Origin: a virus
Lineage: Duplodnaviria; Caudoviricetes
Virus record (IMG/VR): IMGVR_UViG_3300032007_000060
Location: 1-64,000 of that record
Direction: 5' to 3' (one strand)
DNA length: 64,000 bases
Shown: piece by piece, positions 1-10,377 of the stretch
How the letters are laid out: every line of letters begins with the position of its first letter
Position numbering within the stretch: the first letter of the stretch is position 1
Program-made: the position numbers and the translations under genes
The notes under the pieces: generated by a model
The model's input: the letters and a program-made list of their open reading frames with translations, nothing else
The model's database searches: none
What the model was told of the DNA's origin: nothing

Positions 1-381
1 TAATGTGACAATAGGTGTTCCTACACCAAAAATAGTTAACATAGTATTACGAAAACTATTAATACCACTTTTAAAATCAGTGAAACCTAATTTTAATGCA
101 CTTATTTCATCTTTTAAAGCTTTAATCTCATTATCATTATCTTTTCTTTCTTTTTGAGATTGTTCTAATAATGTTTTTAAAGCTGTTACTTCAGTTAGCA
201 ATTGTATTTGAGTCTCCCTGTCTCGTACCAATTCCTTATTGATACTATAGATATCATCTTTTTTTCCATCTAATCTTGCATTTAATTCTGCATTTTCAGC
301 TTTTAGATTGGTGATTTCTTTTTCTAATGTCAGTATTTTCTCATTTTGACAACAGGTATTGTCATTGTGTGAGGGGGACAT
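1..381 (-). CDS. Coiled-coil protein with a C-terminal hydrophobic segment, truncated by the window edge
   Basis: Manual translation MSPSHNDNTCCQNEKILTLEKEITNLKAENAEL...TMLTIFGVGTPIVTL; GGTGA RBS upstream; the frame is open to base 1. Confidence 0.7.
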   Translation of the reverse strand, partial: MSPSHNDNTCCQNEKILTLEKEITNLKAENAELNARLDGKKDDIYSINKELVRDRETQIQLLTEVTALKTLLEQSQKERKDNDNEIKALKDEISALKLGFTDFKSGINSFRNTMLTIFGVGTPIVTL

Positions 382-462
382 TAGTCATCACCTACTTGTT
401 TTTCATATTCTAAAGCAGGATCAATGTCTTCTATAATGTTTTCATCATCATTATAGTTGTTT

Positions 463-834
463 TTAGCATTCATCATCTTCACCAACTATTTCATCTTCAA
501 TTACTTCAGGTTCAATTTCAATAGCTGGATCATCATCTTCAAGTTTGGTTTCGATTATTTCTGGAATTTCATCATCATCTGTATTTTCATCTTCGATTTC
601 TTTATCAAATATTGATAATAGTTTTTTGAAGTGTGTCCACCTGTAATCATTTTTGAAGTATGAATCTAATACTGAATATATGAATCCTAAAAGTATACCC
701 AGATATCCTGCGAGTTCTACTTCATTGACTGGTAGGTTGATTCCTTTTGCTGCAAGTACTGCTAAGGTTTTTCCTGCAAACATGATTAGTAGGAATTTTC
801 CTATTGTAGTTCCGTTTCCTTTTATATTTGCCAT
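463..834 (-). CDS. Membrane protein, holin-like (two hydrophobic helices, acidic tail)
   Basis: Hydrophobic segments FLLIMFAGKTLAVLAA and LAGYLGILLGFIYSVL; D/E-rich C-terminus; AGGAGG RBS. The holin role is inference. Confidence 0.5.
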   Translation of the reverse strand: MANIKGNGTTIGKFLLIMFAGKTLAVLAAKGINLPVNEVELAGYLGILLGFIYSVLDSYFKNDYRWTHFKKLLSIFDKEIEDENTDDDEIPEIIETKLEDDDPAIEIEPEVIEDEIVGEDDEC

Positions 835-973
835 AATTTGATTCCCTCCTAAAATAAATAGAGTTGTAAATTAATATAAAAAAAGAAAAGTTTTTTCTTC
901 TTTTTTTTAGGAAAATAAAAATTAAAAAAAATAGTATTTTTATAGATGAAATTTTAGGTAATTTTAGTTTTTT

Positions 974-1162
974 TTATAATATTAGTATACCGTATGGGAG
1001 ATCGAGTCTTAGGCCAGCTGCATAGGCCGTACTTGCCCTTGTGATTAATCCACATTGAGTACAGTATTCATATGATTTGTCTTCACTTAATTTGATTGTG
1101 AGTGTTTGACATTCTGGGCATTTTTCAATATTCTCATAAAATTCTTCGTCTTCCTCGCACAT
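974..1162 (-). CDS. TFIIB-type zinc-ribbon protein
   Basis: CPECQ...YEYCTQCGLI matches the TFB N-terminal Zn ribbon; likely start MCEEDEE at 1162 rather than 1270. Confidence 0.75.
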   Translation of the reverse strand: MCEEDEEFYENIEKCPECQTLTIKLSEDKSYEYCTQCGLITRASTAYAAGLRLDLPYGILIL

Positions 1163-1378
1163 ATCTAATCTAAAAAAAAACTGAAAAAATAGTTTATCCT
1201 TTTCTATATTAGTAAGATGTGCCGTAGTGGAAACATAAAAAAAAGAGGAAAAAGAAGAAAAAAATATCAAGACTAGTCCTGACTAGAAAATAATATATAT
1301 TTATATACTAGTTAATATAGAAAACATATCAACTAAAAACTTTTTTTGTTTCTTTTTTAAAAAAAGAAAAATGGCAAA

Positions 1379-1723
1379 TTAAAACCAATCATCAGCATTC
1401 TTAGACGGAACAATCTTAATTTTAACACAATCCTCAAAATAACCAATCTCTAACTTAAAAACCATAGTAAACATGCTAGTCATATTAATAACCAACTCAT
1501 CAGTCACCAAACCCTCCTTAAAGAAATTAAAGAAACTTGGCCTTCTCTCCATCTCCAACCTACCATCAGGATAAACAATTAAACCATCAGGAAACAACAT
1601 CTGCAAATGAATATGACACTTCTCACCAGTATCCTTCTTAATAAACTCAACATAACCATCATTACGATTATCCTCAATCTCTTTACAAATTATTTTAATC
1701 ATAATACGCACGCTCCCATTCAA
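1379..1723 (-). CDS. Hypothetical protein
   Basis: ORF overlapping its neighbour in a minus-strand operon. Confidence 0.6.
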   Translation of the reverse strand: MNGSVRIMIKIICKEIEDNRNDGYVEFIKKDTGEKCHIHLQMLFPDGLIVYPDGRLEMERRPSFFNFFKEGLVTDELVINMTSMFTMVFKLEIGYFEDCVKIKIVPSKNADDWF

Positions 1724-2054
1724 AAAAGTAAAAAAATCTTTTATTCAGTTTAACACGATGAACAACATCGTCTACTAAAGTGAAAACTAAACAATCCTCA
1801 TAAACATCTAATTTCTTCAAACTATTCAAAGGAAATGTAATATCTTTCCTTTTTTTACCAATATTTTCACCAAACCGGTTTTTAACAACTTCCCATTCAT
1901 TAGAAGAAACAGTTAAATCAGCCAAATACACCACATTTGTTTGACTGAAAAATTCTGTTAAACAATTTATTAAACTTGTAACTTCTTCATTAACAATACT
2001 ACCATGCAAATATAGCATTGGAGGTGTTAAAGTAACATTATCTGCAGCAATCAT
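1695..2054 (-). CDS. Hypothetical protein
   Basis: ATGA-type overlap with the upstream gene. Confidence 0.6.
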   Translation of the reverse strand: MIAADNVTLTPPMLYLHGSIVNEEVTSLINCLTEFFSQTNVVYLADLTVSSNEWEVVKNRFGENIGKKRKDITFPLNSLKKLDVYEDCLVFTLVDDVVHRVKLNKRFFYFFEWERAYYD

Positions 2055-2542
2055 CTTTTACCCTCCCTCACTAATATTTCATGGTCTCCTTTACCGTATT
2101 CTCTGGGTACAATAGGACATCTTTCCATGAATCCTAATGTTAATCTGCATAATATTATTTCAAAAACATGATCTGTTAATCCATATTCTTTGCAGACTTT
2201 CCAATTTGTGACTTTGGTTCTGCTGTCTTCAACTTTTTTCACAAAGAAAATAAATGCTAATATTATTGTTTCTTCGCTTGCTTGTTTGTGCAGTTCTTTA
2301 AATCTGTTGTTGAAATCATAGATTAAATCTTTAACTAGTCTGTATTGATTTGGAGTTAATGTTAATGGTTTGGATTCGTATAATAGTTCATCTAATAGTA
2401 AATAGCGGTTTTTGAGTTTTCGGTTTTGTTTCATTTTCCTATTTCTTTCTCGACTTCTTCTTTCTCCTTTAACATAATTATTATCATATGATGGGTTGTT
2501 TTCGTATAAGTCTAATAGGAATTCTATTCCACGGTCTCCCAT
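2051..2542 (-). CDS. Putative TFB core (cyclin-fold) single-repeat protein
   Basis: RERN...LTPNQYRLVKDLI...ASEETIILAFIFF...KVCKEYGLTDHVFEII resembles the helical pattern of TFB cyclin repeat 1. Confidence 0.45.
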   Translation of the reverse strand: MGDRGIEFLLDLYENNPSYDNNYVKGERRSRERNRKMKQNRKLKNRYLLLDELLYESKPLTLTPNQYRLVKDLIYDFNNRFKELHKQASEETIILAFIFFVKKVEDSRTKVTNWKVCKEYGLTDHVFEIILCRLTLGFMERCPIVPREYGKGDHEILVREGKR

Positions 2543-2566
2543 GTTCCATTTTCCCTCCTTCTTTTT

Positions 2567-3217
2567 TTAATCTATTTTTTGTATTTTCCATAGGTCATTG
2601 TTTGTATCAAGTTTGCTTTGGTATAGGTCCATGTTGTCATTGCATTTGGTGGAGTGTGCTGCACATGCATTGATAGCATTGACCACTTTAAATTTTGGTA
2701 ATATTTTACGACAATTTTCTTCATGAGCTGTTAGAATCATATGTGATGTGTGCAGGCTTCCGTATGCTATATCCCTTGCAGTTCCACTTGCAAAATAATC
2801 ACTTGTTATTTCAATAATACCTAAATTAAATTCAACAGTATACATTTTGTCCTGATACACTATTAGCAATTCCCATTCGACCCCATCAATCCCGTTATAG
2901 TCTTGAATAAAATTATATTGTCTAAGATAAGTGTTTAATGATGGAATTAATTCCTTGTATAAATATTCAAAGAATGTGTTTTTATTATTCATCACTGGTG
3001 CTTGGAATGTTTTAAGTAGTTCAAATAGACTATATACTCCGCTAAATGCTATTAAGAATTCACTAATAATAATGGGTTTATCATATTCACTTATTTTGAA
3101 TTTTTTTATCAGTATTTTTGATGAATTTTCATCCAATACCATATCTTCAGATGTAACTCTTTTATCTGCACCTACAGTTATTCCGTTTTCATCTTTAACT
3201 GCAACTATAATTGTCAT
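2567..3217 (-). CDS. Ntn-hydrolase, proteasome beta/HslV-like peptidase
   Basis: MTIIVAV..GITVGADKRVT (N-terminal Thr nucleophile, ADxR motif) and FASGTARDIAYGSL. Confidence 0.8.
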   Translation of the reverse strand: MTIIVAVKDENGITVGADKRVTSEDMVLDENSSKILIKKFKISEYDKPIIISEFLIAFSGVYSLFELLKTFQAPVMNNKNTFFEYLYKELIPSLNTYLRQYNFIQDYNGIDGVEWELLIVYQDKMYTVEFNLGIIEITSDYFASGTARDIAYGSLHTSHMILTAHEENCRKILPKFKVVNAINACAAHSTKCNDNMDLYQSKLDTNNDLWKIQKID

Positions 3218-3234
3218 AAAATTCACCATTTAAT

Positions 3235-3528
3235 TTATTTTAGGTTTAATTGTGACCTTATCCTATTGTTTAACATGTTTTTGAGTTCTATTGCTAATTG
3301 TTTGCAATCTTTTTCATTGAATATTTCATTTGGGTATATGTGTATGAATGGAGCATCAAGACATTCCAATTCTTGTACTGGACCATCATTATCTGTTATA
3401 TCAACACATATATCATTGTAAAGGTCATTTATTAGTTTTTCACCATCTATTTTTAAAGTTACACTTTCATTGGTTATTTTTTTAACATCTATGTATTTTT
3501 TTATCTTTGCGGAATCTAAATACACCAT
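3235..3528 (-). CDS. Hypothetical protein
   Basis: ORF track and operon context. Confidence 0.55.
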   Translation of the reverse strand: MVYLDSAKIKKYIDVKKITNESVTLKIDGEKLINDLYNDICVDITDNDGPVQELECLDAPFIHIYPNEIFNEKDCKQLAIELKNMLNNRIRSQLNLK

Positions 3529-3704
3529 TTATAATTCCCCCATGCAGCGTCTTTTTGCAAGAACTCCAAGTTTAACATAATTATCCTTAAGATGTGGATT
3601 TTCATCCACAACTTCTCGAATAATTCTTTTCACTTCATCTTTATCAGCACATCGATAATGGTCCCAGCAGGTAGCAACGTACCATAAAACTTTATCATGC
3701 AACA

Positions 3705-4028
3705 TTATGAATCATCTACAATTTCAAATCTGTAATAATAAATACGAGTCATAGAATCCAAAAGAGGATAAATTTCAAGCAATGCTTCCTTTAACTCACT
3801 TAAATTATTATATCCTTCAAGAGCAGCATCTTCCTCATTCAAATATTTGAATTGCTTATATCCAGTATCAGTGATTTTTATTAATACTTCCTTTTCAGTT
3901 CCTGGGAAGATAGCTTTTACAATTTCATCAACATGTAATCTTTTATTGCTTTTACGGATTGTTTGAGTTTTAACTCCATCAACAATCGGTTGATAGTATT
4001 CCTTGTTGAATTTAATTAAGTTTAACAT
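3705..4028 (-). CDS. ASCH domain protein
   Basis: IKFNKEYYQPIVDGVKTQTIR...DAALEGYNNLSELKEAL: GxKxxTxR ASCH signature. Confidence 0.85.
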   Translation of the reverse strand: MLNLIKFNKEYYQPIVDGVKTQTIRKSNKRLHVDEIVKAIFPGTEKEVLIKITDTGYKQFKYLNEEDAALEGYNNLSELKEALLEIYPLLDSMTRIYYYRFEIVDDS

Positions 4029-4030
4029 TT

Positions 4031-4243
4031 TTAGCGTCCTCTCCTTTTTTTAAAGTATTGGCAAATTGTATCATTGAATTTTACTTTAAGTGTTTGTGCA
4101 GTATTAGTGACTGGTTCATTAGTATCTGATGCTGGTTCAGGTGGGAATAGTTCATCAACTTTTCCACAGTAATGATAGTAATTTCCTTCTTGATCCATTT
4201 CGGTTGACATGTAATATTCACATTTTCCGCAAACATTTACCAT
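4031..4243 (-). CDS. Small Cys-rich (zinc-binding) protein
   Basis: CGKCEYY...YCG...CQYF. Confidence 0.55.
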   Translation of the reverse strand: MVNVCGKCEYYMSTEMDQEGNYYHYCGKVDELFPPEPASDTNEPVTNTAQTLKVKFNDTICQYFKKRRGR

Positions 4244-4728
4244 TATTTTTCCTCCTCTTTTACATCCTGATCTTCTAATTCTTTAAACATTAATTCTTGT
4301 TTTAATAATTGATGATTTCTTTCAATATCATCTAATGCTTCAGATGTTTCTTTTTTATCTGTTTTTAATTCTGCAAGTTCCTCTTCAGTCATAGTGAAGA
4401 GTTCTAAGTAAAAGTTAATATAAGATTTTGCTTTAAGCAAATCTTTTACTGGGTTTTCTTTGTGTTCTGCACGAACAACATATTTAAGGATATTTCCTTT
4501 AAGAAATCCTATATACTCTTCTTTACTTATTAGACCTTGTTTCATTGCACCTATTGGTGATAATCCGTTACCTGCATAGTAATCTGGTTCATTCATTATA
4601 TGTTCCTCCATATGTTTAATTGAATAATTAAGAGCATCCAGTAAATGGTCTTCATTTACTGGTGGGAAAGGTATGCATCTGCAACGCCCTACTGGTTCAA
4701 ATGATAATCCACTGAATTTATCTATCAT
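4243..4728 (-). CDS. DUF3310-like phage protein
   Basis: PDYY...GFLKGNILKYVVRAEHKENPVKDLLKAKSY. Confidence 0.8.
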   Translation of the reverse strand: MIDKFSGLSFEPVGRCRCIPFPPVNEDHLLDALNYSIKHMEEHIMNEPDYYAGNGLSPIGAMKQGLISKEEYIGFLKGNILKYVVRAEHKENPVKDLLKAKSYINFYLELFTMTEEELAELKTDKKETSEALDDIERNHQLLKQELMFKELEDQDVKEEEK

Positions 4729-4731
4729 TTT

Positions 4732-5019
4732 TTAGATTGCCTCCAATTCAATTACATCTTCCTTATTAATAATAGAATACTCCAAAATGTTTTCAATCTT
4801 GAAAAATACATGAGTATTGTTCTTATAGATAATTTCCATTAAATCATCCGTGAAATTAATCTTATCCAATTGGTCTAAATTGAATATACTGTTAGCGTCA
4901 CGATAATCTAATTGTAAGCTTAAAACATAATCCTTTGGATTTTCTAAGTTAGTAATTATTTTCTTTAGTTCTTCTCCAATATCTGAAGAATTTAAAAAAT
5001 CAACTTTAATATCTACCAT
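4732..5019 (-). CDS. Hypothetical protein
   Basis: ORF track and operon context. Confidence 0.55.
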   Translation of the reverse strand: MVDIKVDFLNSSDIGEELKKIITNLENPKDYVLSLQLDYRDANSIFNLDQLDKINFTDDLMEIIYKNNTHVFFKIENILEYSIINKEDVIELEAI

Positions 5020-5051
5020 AATTATTCATACTTCCTTTTTAATCTTTTTTT

Positions 5052-5561
5052 TCATCTTTTTTTGGACAATACGGTTCCTTTGCTGTTTTGATAATGACTA
5101 TTCAATCCACTACTACCATAAGGCCGGTTTACTGGACTTGTTAATGTGTGGAATACTATTTGTGCTATTTGCATATCTTTCTGTAATCTGAAAGGTTCAT
5201 CACTAAGATTAGCTATTTCTAATGTGATGTTTCCATGAAAACCAGCATCAATATAACCAGCAGTTACATGTGCAGTTATTCCAAGACGGCCAAGGCTGCT
5301 TTTACCATCCACTACTGCAACAAGATCATCAGGTATTACAACATATTCCCTTGTACTTCCAAGTATAAAGTCACCTGGTTCCAATAATAGACAACTGCAT
5401 GGTTTTAAATGGTATTCTTGGCCTTGTATTGTTTTCAATTCTTCAGATAGATGTAAATCAATACTGCAAGGTTGAATATCATTATCATCTAACGGTTCTA
5501 TGATTAAATCTTTTTGTAATCGTATTCTTTCCAAAATTGTTTTATCAGATAATATGCTCAT
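5052..5561 (-). CDS. dcd: dCTP deaminase (trimeric dUTPase fold)
   Basis: IQPCSIDLHL, DGKSSLGRLG, AGYIDAGFHGNITLEIAN, YGSSGLNSHYQ. Confidence 0.92.
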   Translation of the reverse strand: MSILSDKTILERIRLQKDLIIEPLDDNDIQPCSIDLHLSEELKTIQGQEYHLKPCSCLLLEPGDFILGSTREYVVIPDDLVAVVDGKSSLGRLGITAHVTAGYIDAGFHGNITLEIANLSDEPFRLQKDMQIAQIVFHTLTSPVNRPYGSSGLNSHYQNSKGTVLSKKR

Positions 5562-6238
5562 GCTTTTTTCCCCTTTCTTTTTATTGCTCTCATCACTATG
5601 CCTGCGGTTTTACTTCCAATTCCTTTAATTTCTTGTAATTTATTATTATTTAAATTTAAAAGGTCATCTAAGTCATAAACATCAAGAGCATTTACAATTA
5701 ATTCTGCTGTATCATCACCAATGTGCTTAACACCCATTAAATAGTTGAATGCAGGATTATCTGTTTTTTGAGGTAATCTTTTCACAACACGTTTGTTATC
5801 TAAGCATTTGCGAGCTTGTATTCTCATGAACATGATTGCTTGATGTTCTGTACTGGCTTCAATAACTGTGGTGTATGTGTTTAACCTTGCGATTGCTCCT
5901 TTGTATTGTTGCCATGTGAATTCTGGCCATTCTGCATCATGGAATTGGTCATATAATTCTTTTTCGCTTGCAACAATTATTACAAAATGATAAGGGAAAG
6001 CTTTTGTTTGGTCGATTGCTTGGTTGAACACTCTTGATTCTTTAACTGATTTAATGAAATCTTCTAATGTCTTATACTCGAATACTACTTGATTATTGAA
6101 GATATAATCGCCAATGAGTAGTTCTTTTATTTGGACATTATCTCCTTGGTTTTTGTAGTATTGTTTTGCTTCTTCTAATCGTGGAGTGTTTTCACGATGA
6201 TCCATTAGAATGTTAAAGTTTTTTATTTTCATCTGCAT
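5558..6238 (-). CDS. ERCC4/XPF-family nuclease with C-terminal HhH motifs
   Basis: MDHRE, LLIGDYI..VVFEYKTLEDFIKSV..SRVFNQA; GVKHIGDDTA and IKGIGSKTA HhH motifs. Confidence 0.88.
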   Translation of the reverse strand: MQMKIKNFNILMDHRENTPRLEEAKQYYKNQGDNVQIKELLIGDYIFNNQVVFEYKTLEDFIKSVKESRVFNQAIDQTKAFPYHFVIIVASEKELYDQFHDAEWPEFTWQQYKGAIARLNTYTTVIEASTEHQAIMFMRIQARKCLDNKRVVKRLPQKTDNPAFNYLMGVKHIGDDTAELIVNALDVYDLDDLLNLNNNKLQEIKGIGSKTAGIVMRAIKRKGKKA

Positions 6239-6397
6239 ACTCCTGTAATTCTTTCATCATTTTATCATGGTCGTATTGGATTAATTGTTTTGATAAGTCT
6301 AGTTCAAATAGTTCATATGCCATGAAAAAACCGGTTACTAATGATATTAATGCTATTAGTATTGTTTCAAGAAATCCAATTAGTATTATCATAGTAT

Positions 6398-7132
6398 TTA
6401 TCCCTCTTCAAGGCGTGGTGCTAGTAAGTATTCCAGATTCCCGTCTCCGGTTACTAATGTGAAATTTATCTTTAATGGCATATCGTTACCAAGATAAATG
6501 TTGCATTGTTCGCTGAATTTATGTGCTTTCATGATTTCCTGTAGTTTTGGTATGCTGTAACCTGATTTTACGACTTCAAGTATGTTTTCTCCGTGCAGGT
6601 ATTCTGTTTCTGCATCTCCTTTTTGACCGGATGTTTTTACTTTGAAGTAGTTTTCGTCAATGAGGAAATCTAATTTGTCACTGAAGAATCCCATGTCATC
6701 AATATAGTTTTTCAAGAGTGTACTTGGTATTGTTATTTTACAAGGAAGGACAATATTTGGAGGGGTTGGATTATCATACTCCATATCAATGAAAGGTAAT
6801 TTGAATTTCCTTCGAGCATCACCATCAAAAATAATTAATATACTACTCTCATCTACACTAAGTTTCAAAATATCATCATTCTTGCACTTTTTCAATATGG
6901 TGTTGAAGTCATTACAATCAATAGCCATCTTTTCAGGAACATCACATTCATACTCATCAAACAAAGTCTTATCCAAATCCAATGTAATGAAAGTTATATG
7001 ACTACGGTCCAATGCTCTTAAATGCATTCCTTCACTATCTGCAGTTAATGTAATTTCATCAACAATTTTACTAATACTTTCAAAAGAATTTTTTATTACA
7101 CTATTGTTACTTAACTCTACTTTAAAGGCCAT
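6398..7132 (-). CDS. pcn: PCNA sliding clamp
   Basis: LRALDRSHITFITLDL..LFDEY, ILKKCKNDD, DMPLKINF, EYLLAPRLE. Confidence 0.96.
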   Translation of the reverse strand: MAFKVELSNNSVIKNSFESISKIVDEITLTADSEGMHLRALDRSHITFITLDLDKTLFDEYECDVPEKMAIDCNDFNTILKKCKNDDILKLSVDESSILIIFDGDARRKFKLPFIDMEYDNPTPPNIVLPCKITIPSTLLKNYIDDMGFFSDKLDFLIDENYFKVKTSGQKGDAETEYLHGENILEVVKSGYSIPKLQEIMKAHKFSEQCNIYLGNDMPLKINFTLVTGDGNLEYLLAPRLEEG

Positions 7133-7371
7133 TTTTCCAGCTCCTCAATACTTGTTATAACATGATCCACATCATTATCTATTATTTGTGCTGCACCAAT
7201 ACTATCCAAACTAATTATCATATCATCCAATACAATATCCTCTTTGTTCAAATCAACATTCTTGTCAGGCCCTATGAAATATGATGGTCGTGAGGATTTA
7301 GGTATCAGTTCCACAGTATTGTTCTCTTTTTTTGCTTTGAATAATAATTGACTGAGTAAATTATAATCCAT
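7117..7371 (-). CDS. Hypothetical protein
   Basis: ORF track and coupled stop/start. Confidence 0.55.
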   Translation of the reverse strand: MDYNLLSQLLFKAKKENNTVELIPKSSRPSYFIGPDKNVDLNKEDIVLDDMIISLDSIGAAQIIDNDVDHVITSIEELEKWPLK

Positions 7372-7811
7372 TATCTAATTCCACCTTTTTCTTTATTAAC
7401 CGTAGTTGTGAATAGGTATCCTGTTTTGATTGTTGTTGAATTTGCCATATAGTCTTCAGCAATATTTCTGTTAGTAATTAATAACTCTAATCCAAAGACA
7501 TCACAGAATCCACCTATTTGCTCCAAGTCTAATAGATCACCATTACAGTATAATGTCACTTCTCCGAATTCCTGATAGGTTAAACTAAAATCTTCACTTT
7601 CAGCAACACTTTTAATATAATTAATCATTGCATCCTGAATATCTATTTGCATACTGATTGTTTCAGTTCTCTGTTTTTGATGTTCTTTTATACGATTTTT
7701 CCAGTAATCTGCATTAGCCATTTTTTTATTCCACCTTTTCATATGTTTCTTTGAATATATCTGGTTTGCAAGGGTATTTTTCACCATGTACTCCTGTGAT
7801 AATATAATCAC
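7371..7811 (-). CDS. Hypothetical protein
   Basis: ORF track; the true start may be internal. Confidence 0.55.
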   Translation of the reverse strand: MIILSQEYMVKNTLANQIYSKKHMKRWNKKMANADYWKNRIKEHQKQRTETISMQIDIQDAMINYIKSVAESEDFSLTYQEFGEVTLYCNGDLLDLEQIGGFCDVFGLELLITNRNIAEDYMANSTTIKTGYLFTTTVNKEKGGIR

Positions 7812-8106
7812 CTGGACTGGCTTTCATTACCCCTTCAAGGGTTTCGATTTCCAATTCCTTATCTGTTTGATAAGCTTCTACAATAATTGGTTTTTTACGA
7901 TATTTTTTAGATTTGGAATCTTCATTATAAATGTCGTTGATTGGAACATCGTTGAATTGTTCTAACCATTCACGTTCTTCTTTTTCAAGGATTTCCATAT
8001 CTTTTCGATAGCATTCGTTAATATAAGCAACACTTTCATCACGTTCTTTTGTTAGTAATGCTTTCCTGTTTCGGATTGCACATAAGTTTTCGTTAGCAGA
8101 ATTCAT
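7726..8106 (-). CDS. PGDYG-motif phage protein
   Basis: [14 protein letters not shown]...[36 protein letters not shown]; start reassigned to MNSANEN at 8106. Confidence 0.75.
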   Translation of the reverse strand: MNSANENLCAIRNRKALLTKERDESVAYINECYRKDMEILEKEEREWLEQFNDVPINDIYNEDSKSKKYRKKPIIVEAYQTDKELEIETLEGVMKASPGDYIITGVHGEKYPCKPDIFKETYEKVE

Positions 8107-8133
8107 AAAATAATATATTCGTATGATTTTATT

Positions 8134-8146
8134 GTATTGTAACAAA
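8134..8146 (-). promoter_or_regulatory. Conserved virus promoter motif TTTGTTACAATAC (copy 1)
   Basis: Exact 13-mer also at 17468 and 45381; 28 nt upstream of the ATG at 8106. Confidence 0.65.
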
Positions 8147-8179
8147 AAAGAAAAGATATATAAAAAAATAGTAAAAATA

Positions 8180-9850
8180 TTATTCATCAAACATTAATAG
8201 ATACATTAAGTTCTGATATAACTTTAAATCTTCAACAGGGTTTTGTATAACATAATTACCATGTCCTAACACATGTTCGTGACCCATTAAGTTCTCTAAA
8301 CGAAAATAATCCATATGTGGGGCAACGATTGTAGCAAAAGCATCTCGAAAACCATGAAAATGAATCTTATTAACTTTAGAATTATATGCATAATCATATC
8401 CCAATTCTTCACGGATTTCAATCAACATTCTTTCAGCTGTAGTATACCTTAATTTTTTACCAGTTTTACTAACAAATAATGGAGAATTATTAGTTAACTT
8501 TTTATCATGATTTAATAAAGATAAAACAATCCATCGGACCGCTTGAGGACTAAAAAAAGTATAATGTGATTTTTTAGTTTTCATGGTGATATTATGAACT
8601 ACTGCAACAAGAGTATTATCATGTATTCGTGGTTGTAAATCATCTAAAAGTTTGTTGATTTCTGTTTCATTGCTGAAGTATTTCATTGATTTTATAAAGT
8701 CTTTGCAATCCATTTTTAATAAATCATTAATTCTTAATCCAGAACTAAAAAGACATAATATTACTGGTTTAAAATTAATTGGAGATTCATAAAATACTCT
8801 TTCAACATCATGAACAGTTATAACATCTTCTAAAGATTTTTTCAAACGATGTTCTTTCTCACGAGCAATTCGAGGATTTACAGGTATGAAAAATGATTTA
8901 TAAAAAGTTTTTACTTTTGCAAGTATCCCTGAACGTGTTGTACCTACCAATCCTTCTTCGATAAGATACATTTGAAATGTTGTTAAATATTTATAGACAG
9001 ATCCGTCATCAGGAAAAACTTTATTCTCATAATCATCTTTTGCTTCCTGTAAAATTTCACTTAAAGATTTACCAACAAATTGTGTGAATTTATTTAATGA
9101 ATAAATGTATTGATTAATTGTATTTTGATTAGTAACTTTGTTTCGTATCATTAATTCTTGAAATAATGAGTCTTCATATCTTAATTTTTGCCTTGATGTT
9201 AATTGTCTGTTTAAATCTCTTTTTGATAATTCTTCACAATATTCTTTATAAATTTCATCTTTTCTTATAGGTATTTCATATTTAAGGCAACCCTGATAAT
9301 AAGCATGAGCTGCCTGATATTCATCATCAAAAATTCCAAGATAATATTCTTCACCGTTTTTCTTAATGCAGGATTGCCATTTTACTTGTTTACCATTTTT
9401 TGTTTGAATATTTTTAATACTTACTCCAGGAAATCTGCTTGCTCCCCAATTATATTTTTGCATTAATTCACTTTTAGTTAGTCTTTCAAGATTATCAAGA
9501 CTAAAATTAATAATATTTCCATCAACAGGGGATATTACTTCATTTGACCCTCTATGGAAGAAATAAGTGATTTGTCTATGGCGACCATCTATTCTACGAG
9601 TTGTGTAAATCTCATGTCTTTTTTTATGAATATCAACATTCCATTTATAGGATTCAACAATGTTTCGATTACCTTTGCAATAAATAAATTTGATTTCTCT
9701 TCCTGATTTTAAAACACGTTTATAAATTAATTTTGTGCAGGAATCACAATTTTTACAAAGCAACATTTCTCTAAAAAATAGTAAAAGTATGAGAGTTGAC
9801 CTGAGATAGATCAACTCTAAATGATTCGAGTGTACCATCTTGTGGTACAC
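8180..9850 (-). CDS. Tyrosine recombinase fused to an N-terminal degenerate HNH plus AP2 domain
   Basis: C-terminus: [25 protein letters not shown]-terminus: [13 protein letters not shown] and [28 protein letters not shown]. The start may be MLLCKNC. Confidence 0.85.
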   Translation of the reverse strand: MYHKMVHSNHLELIYLRSTLILLLFFREMLLCKNCDSCTKLIYKRVLKSGREIKFIYCKGNRNIVESYKWNVDIHKKRHEIYTTRRIDGRHRQITYFFHRGSNEVISPVDGNIINFSLDNLERLTKSELMQKYNWGASRFPGVSIKNIQTKNGKQVKWQSCIKKNGEEYYLGIFDDEYQAAHAYYQGCLKYEIPIRKDEIYKEYCEELSKRDLNRQLTSRQKLRYEDSLFQELMIRNKVTNQNTINQYIYSLNKFTQFVGKSLSEILQEAKDDYENKVFPDDGSVYKYLTTFQMYLIEEGLVGTTRSGILAKVKTFYKSFFIPVNPRIAREKEHRLKKSLEDVITVHDVERVFYESPINFKPVILCLFSSGLRINDLLKMDCKDFIKSMKYFSNETEINKLLDDLQPRIHDNTLVAVVHNITMKTKKSHYTFFSPQAVRWIVLSLLNHDKKLTNNSPLFVSKTGKKLRYTTAERMLIEIREELGYDYAYNSKVNKIHFHGFRDAFATIVAPHMDYFRLENLMGHEHVLGHGNYVIQNPVEDLKLYQNLMYLLMFDE

Positions 9851-9852
9851 TA

Positions 9853-10371
9853 TTATATTTTATCTAATAGTTTTTTAAATTTTTCCTTGTTTGTCTTTCC
9901 TGTGATTGATTGGAATTTTTCCATTTCAGAAGGAGTTAATTTGAAAGATAATCTTTCTGTTGCATATTCATATTTTGATATTTCTTCATTGTATATTTTG
10001 AAAATCTTAAGAAACATACATTTAACTTGCTCTGTTTCATCATCAAGAAATGTAGATTTAAGTTTATTCATGTAATCAATTAAATCATACTCTAATTGTT
10101 CTTCTTTGAAGTACATTTCTGTTGATGCTGAAATTCCCATTCCACTCATGAAAAGACTGACAATATAACTGAATGATGTAGCTTTGACTACATCAAAATT
10201 ACGCATATGCGCATAGCATTGTGCAAAAGCACACCATCTAGTCGGATTATCAACAATTTGTAAACCAATATCATTTTCTTTGAGGAATTGTTGAAGTTCT
10301 TCATCACTTACATTATAACCAATATCGCTTGGTTGATATTCTTTTTCCCAAAACATAGTTACACCGTTCAA
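9853..10371 (-). CDS. Hypothetical protein
   Basis: ORF track. Confidence 0.6.
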   Translation of the reverse strand: MNGVTMFWEKEYQPSDIGYNVSDEELQQFLKENDIGLQIVDNPTRWCAFAQCYAHMRNFDVVKATSFSYIVSLFMSGMGISASTEMYFKEEQLEYDLIDYMNKLKSTFLDDETEQVKCMFLKIFKIYNEEISKYEYATERLSFKLTPSEMEKFQSITGKTNKEKFKKLLDKI

Positions 10372-10377
10372 AAAAAA

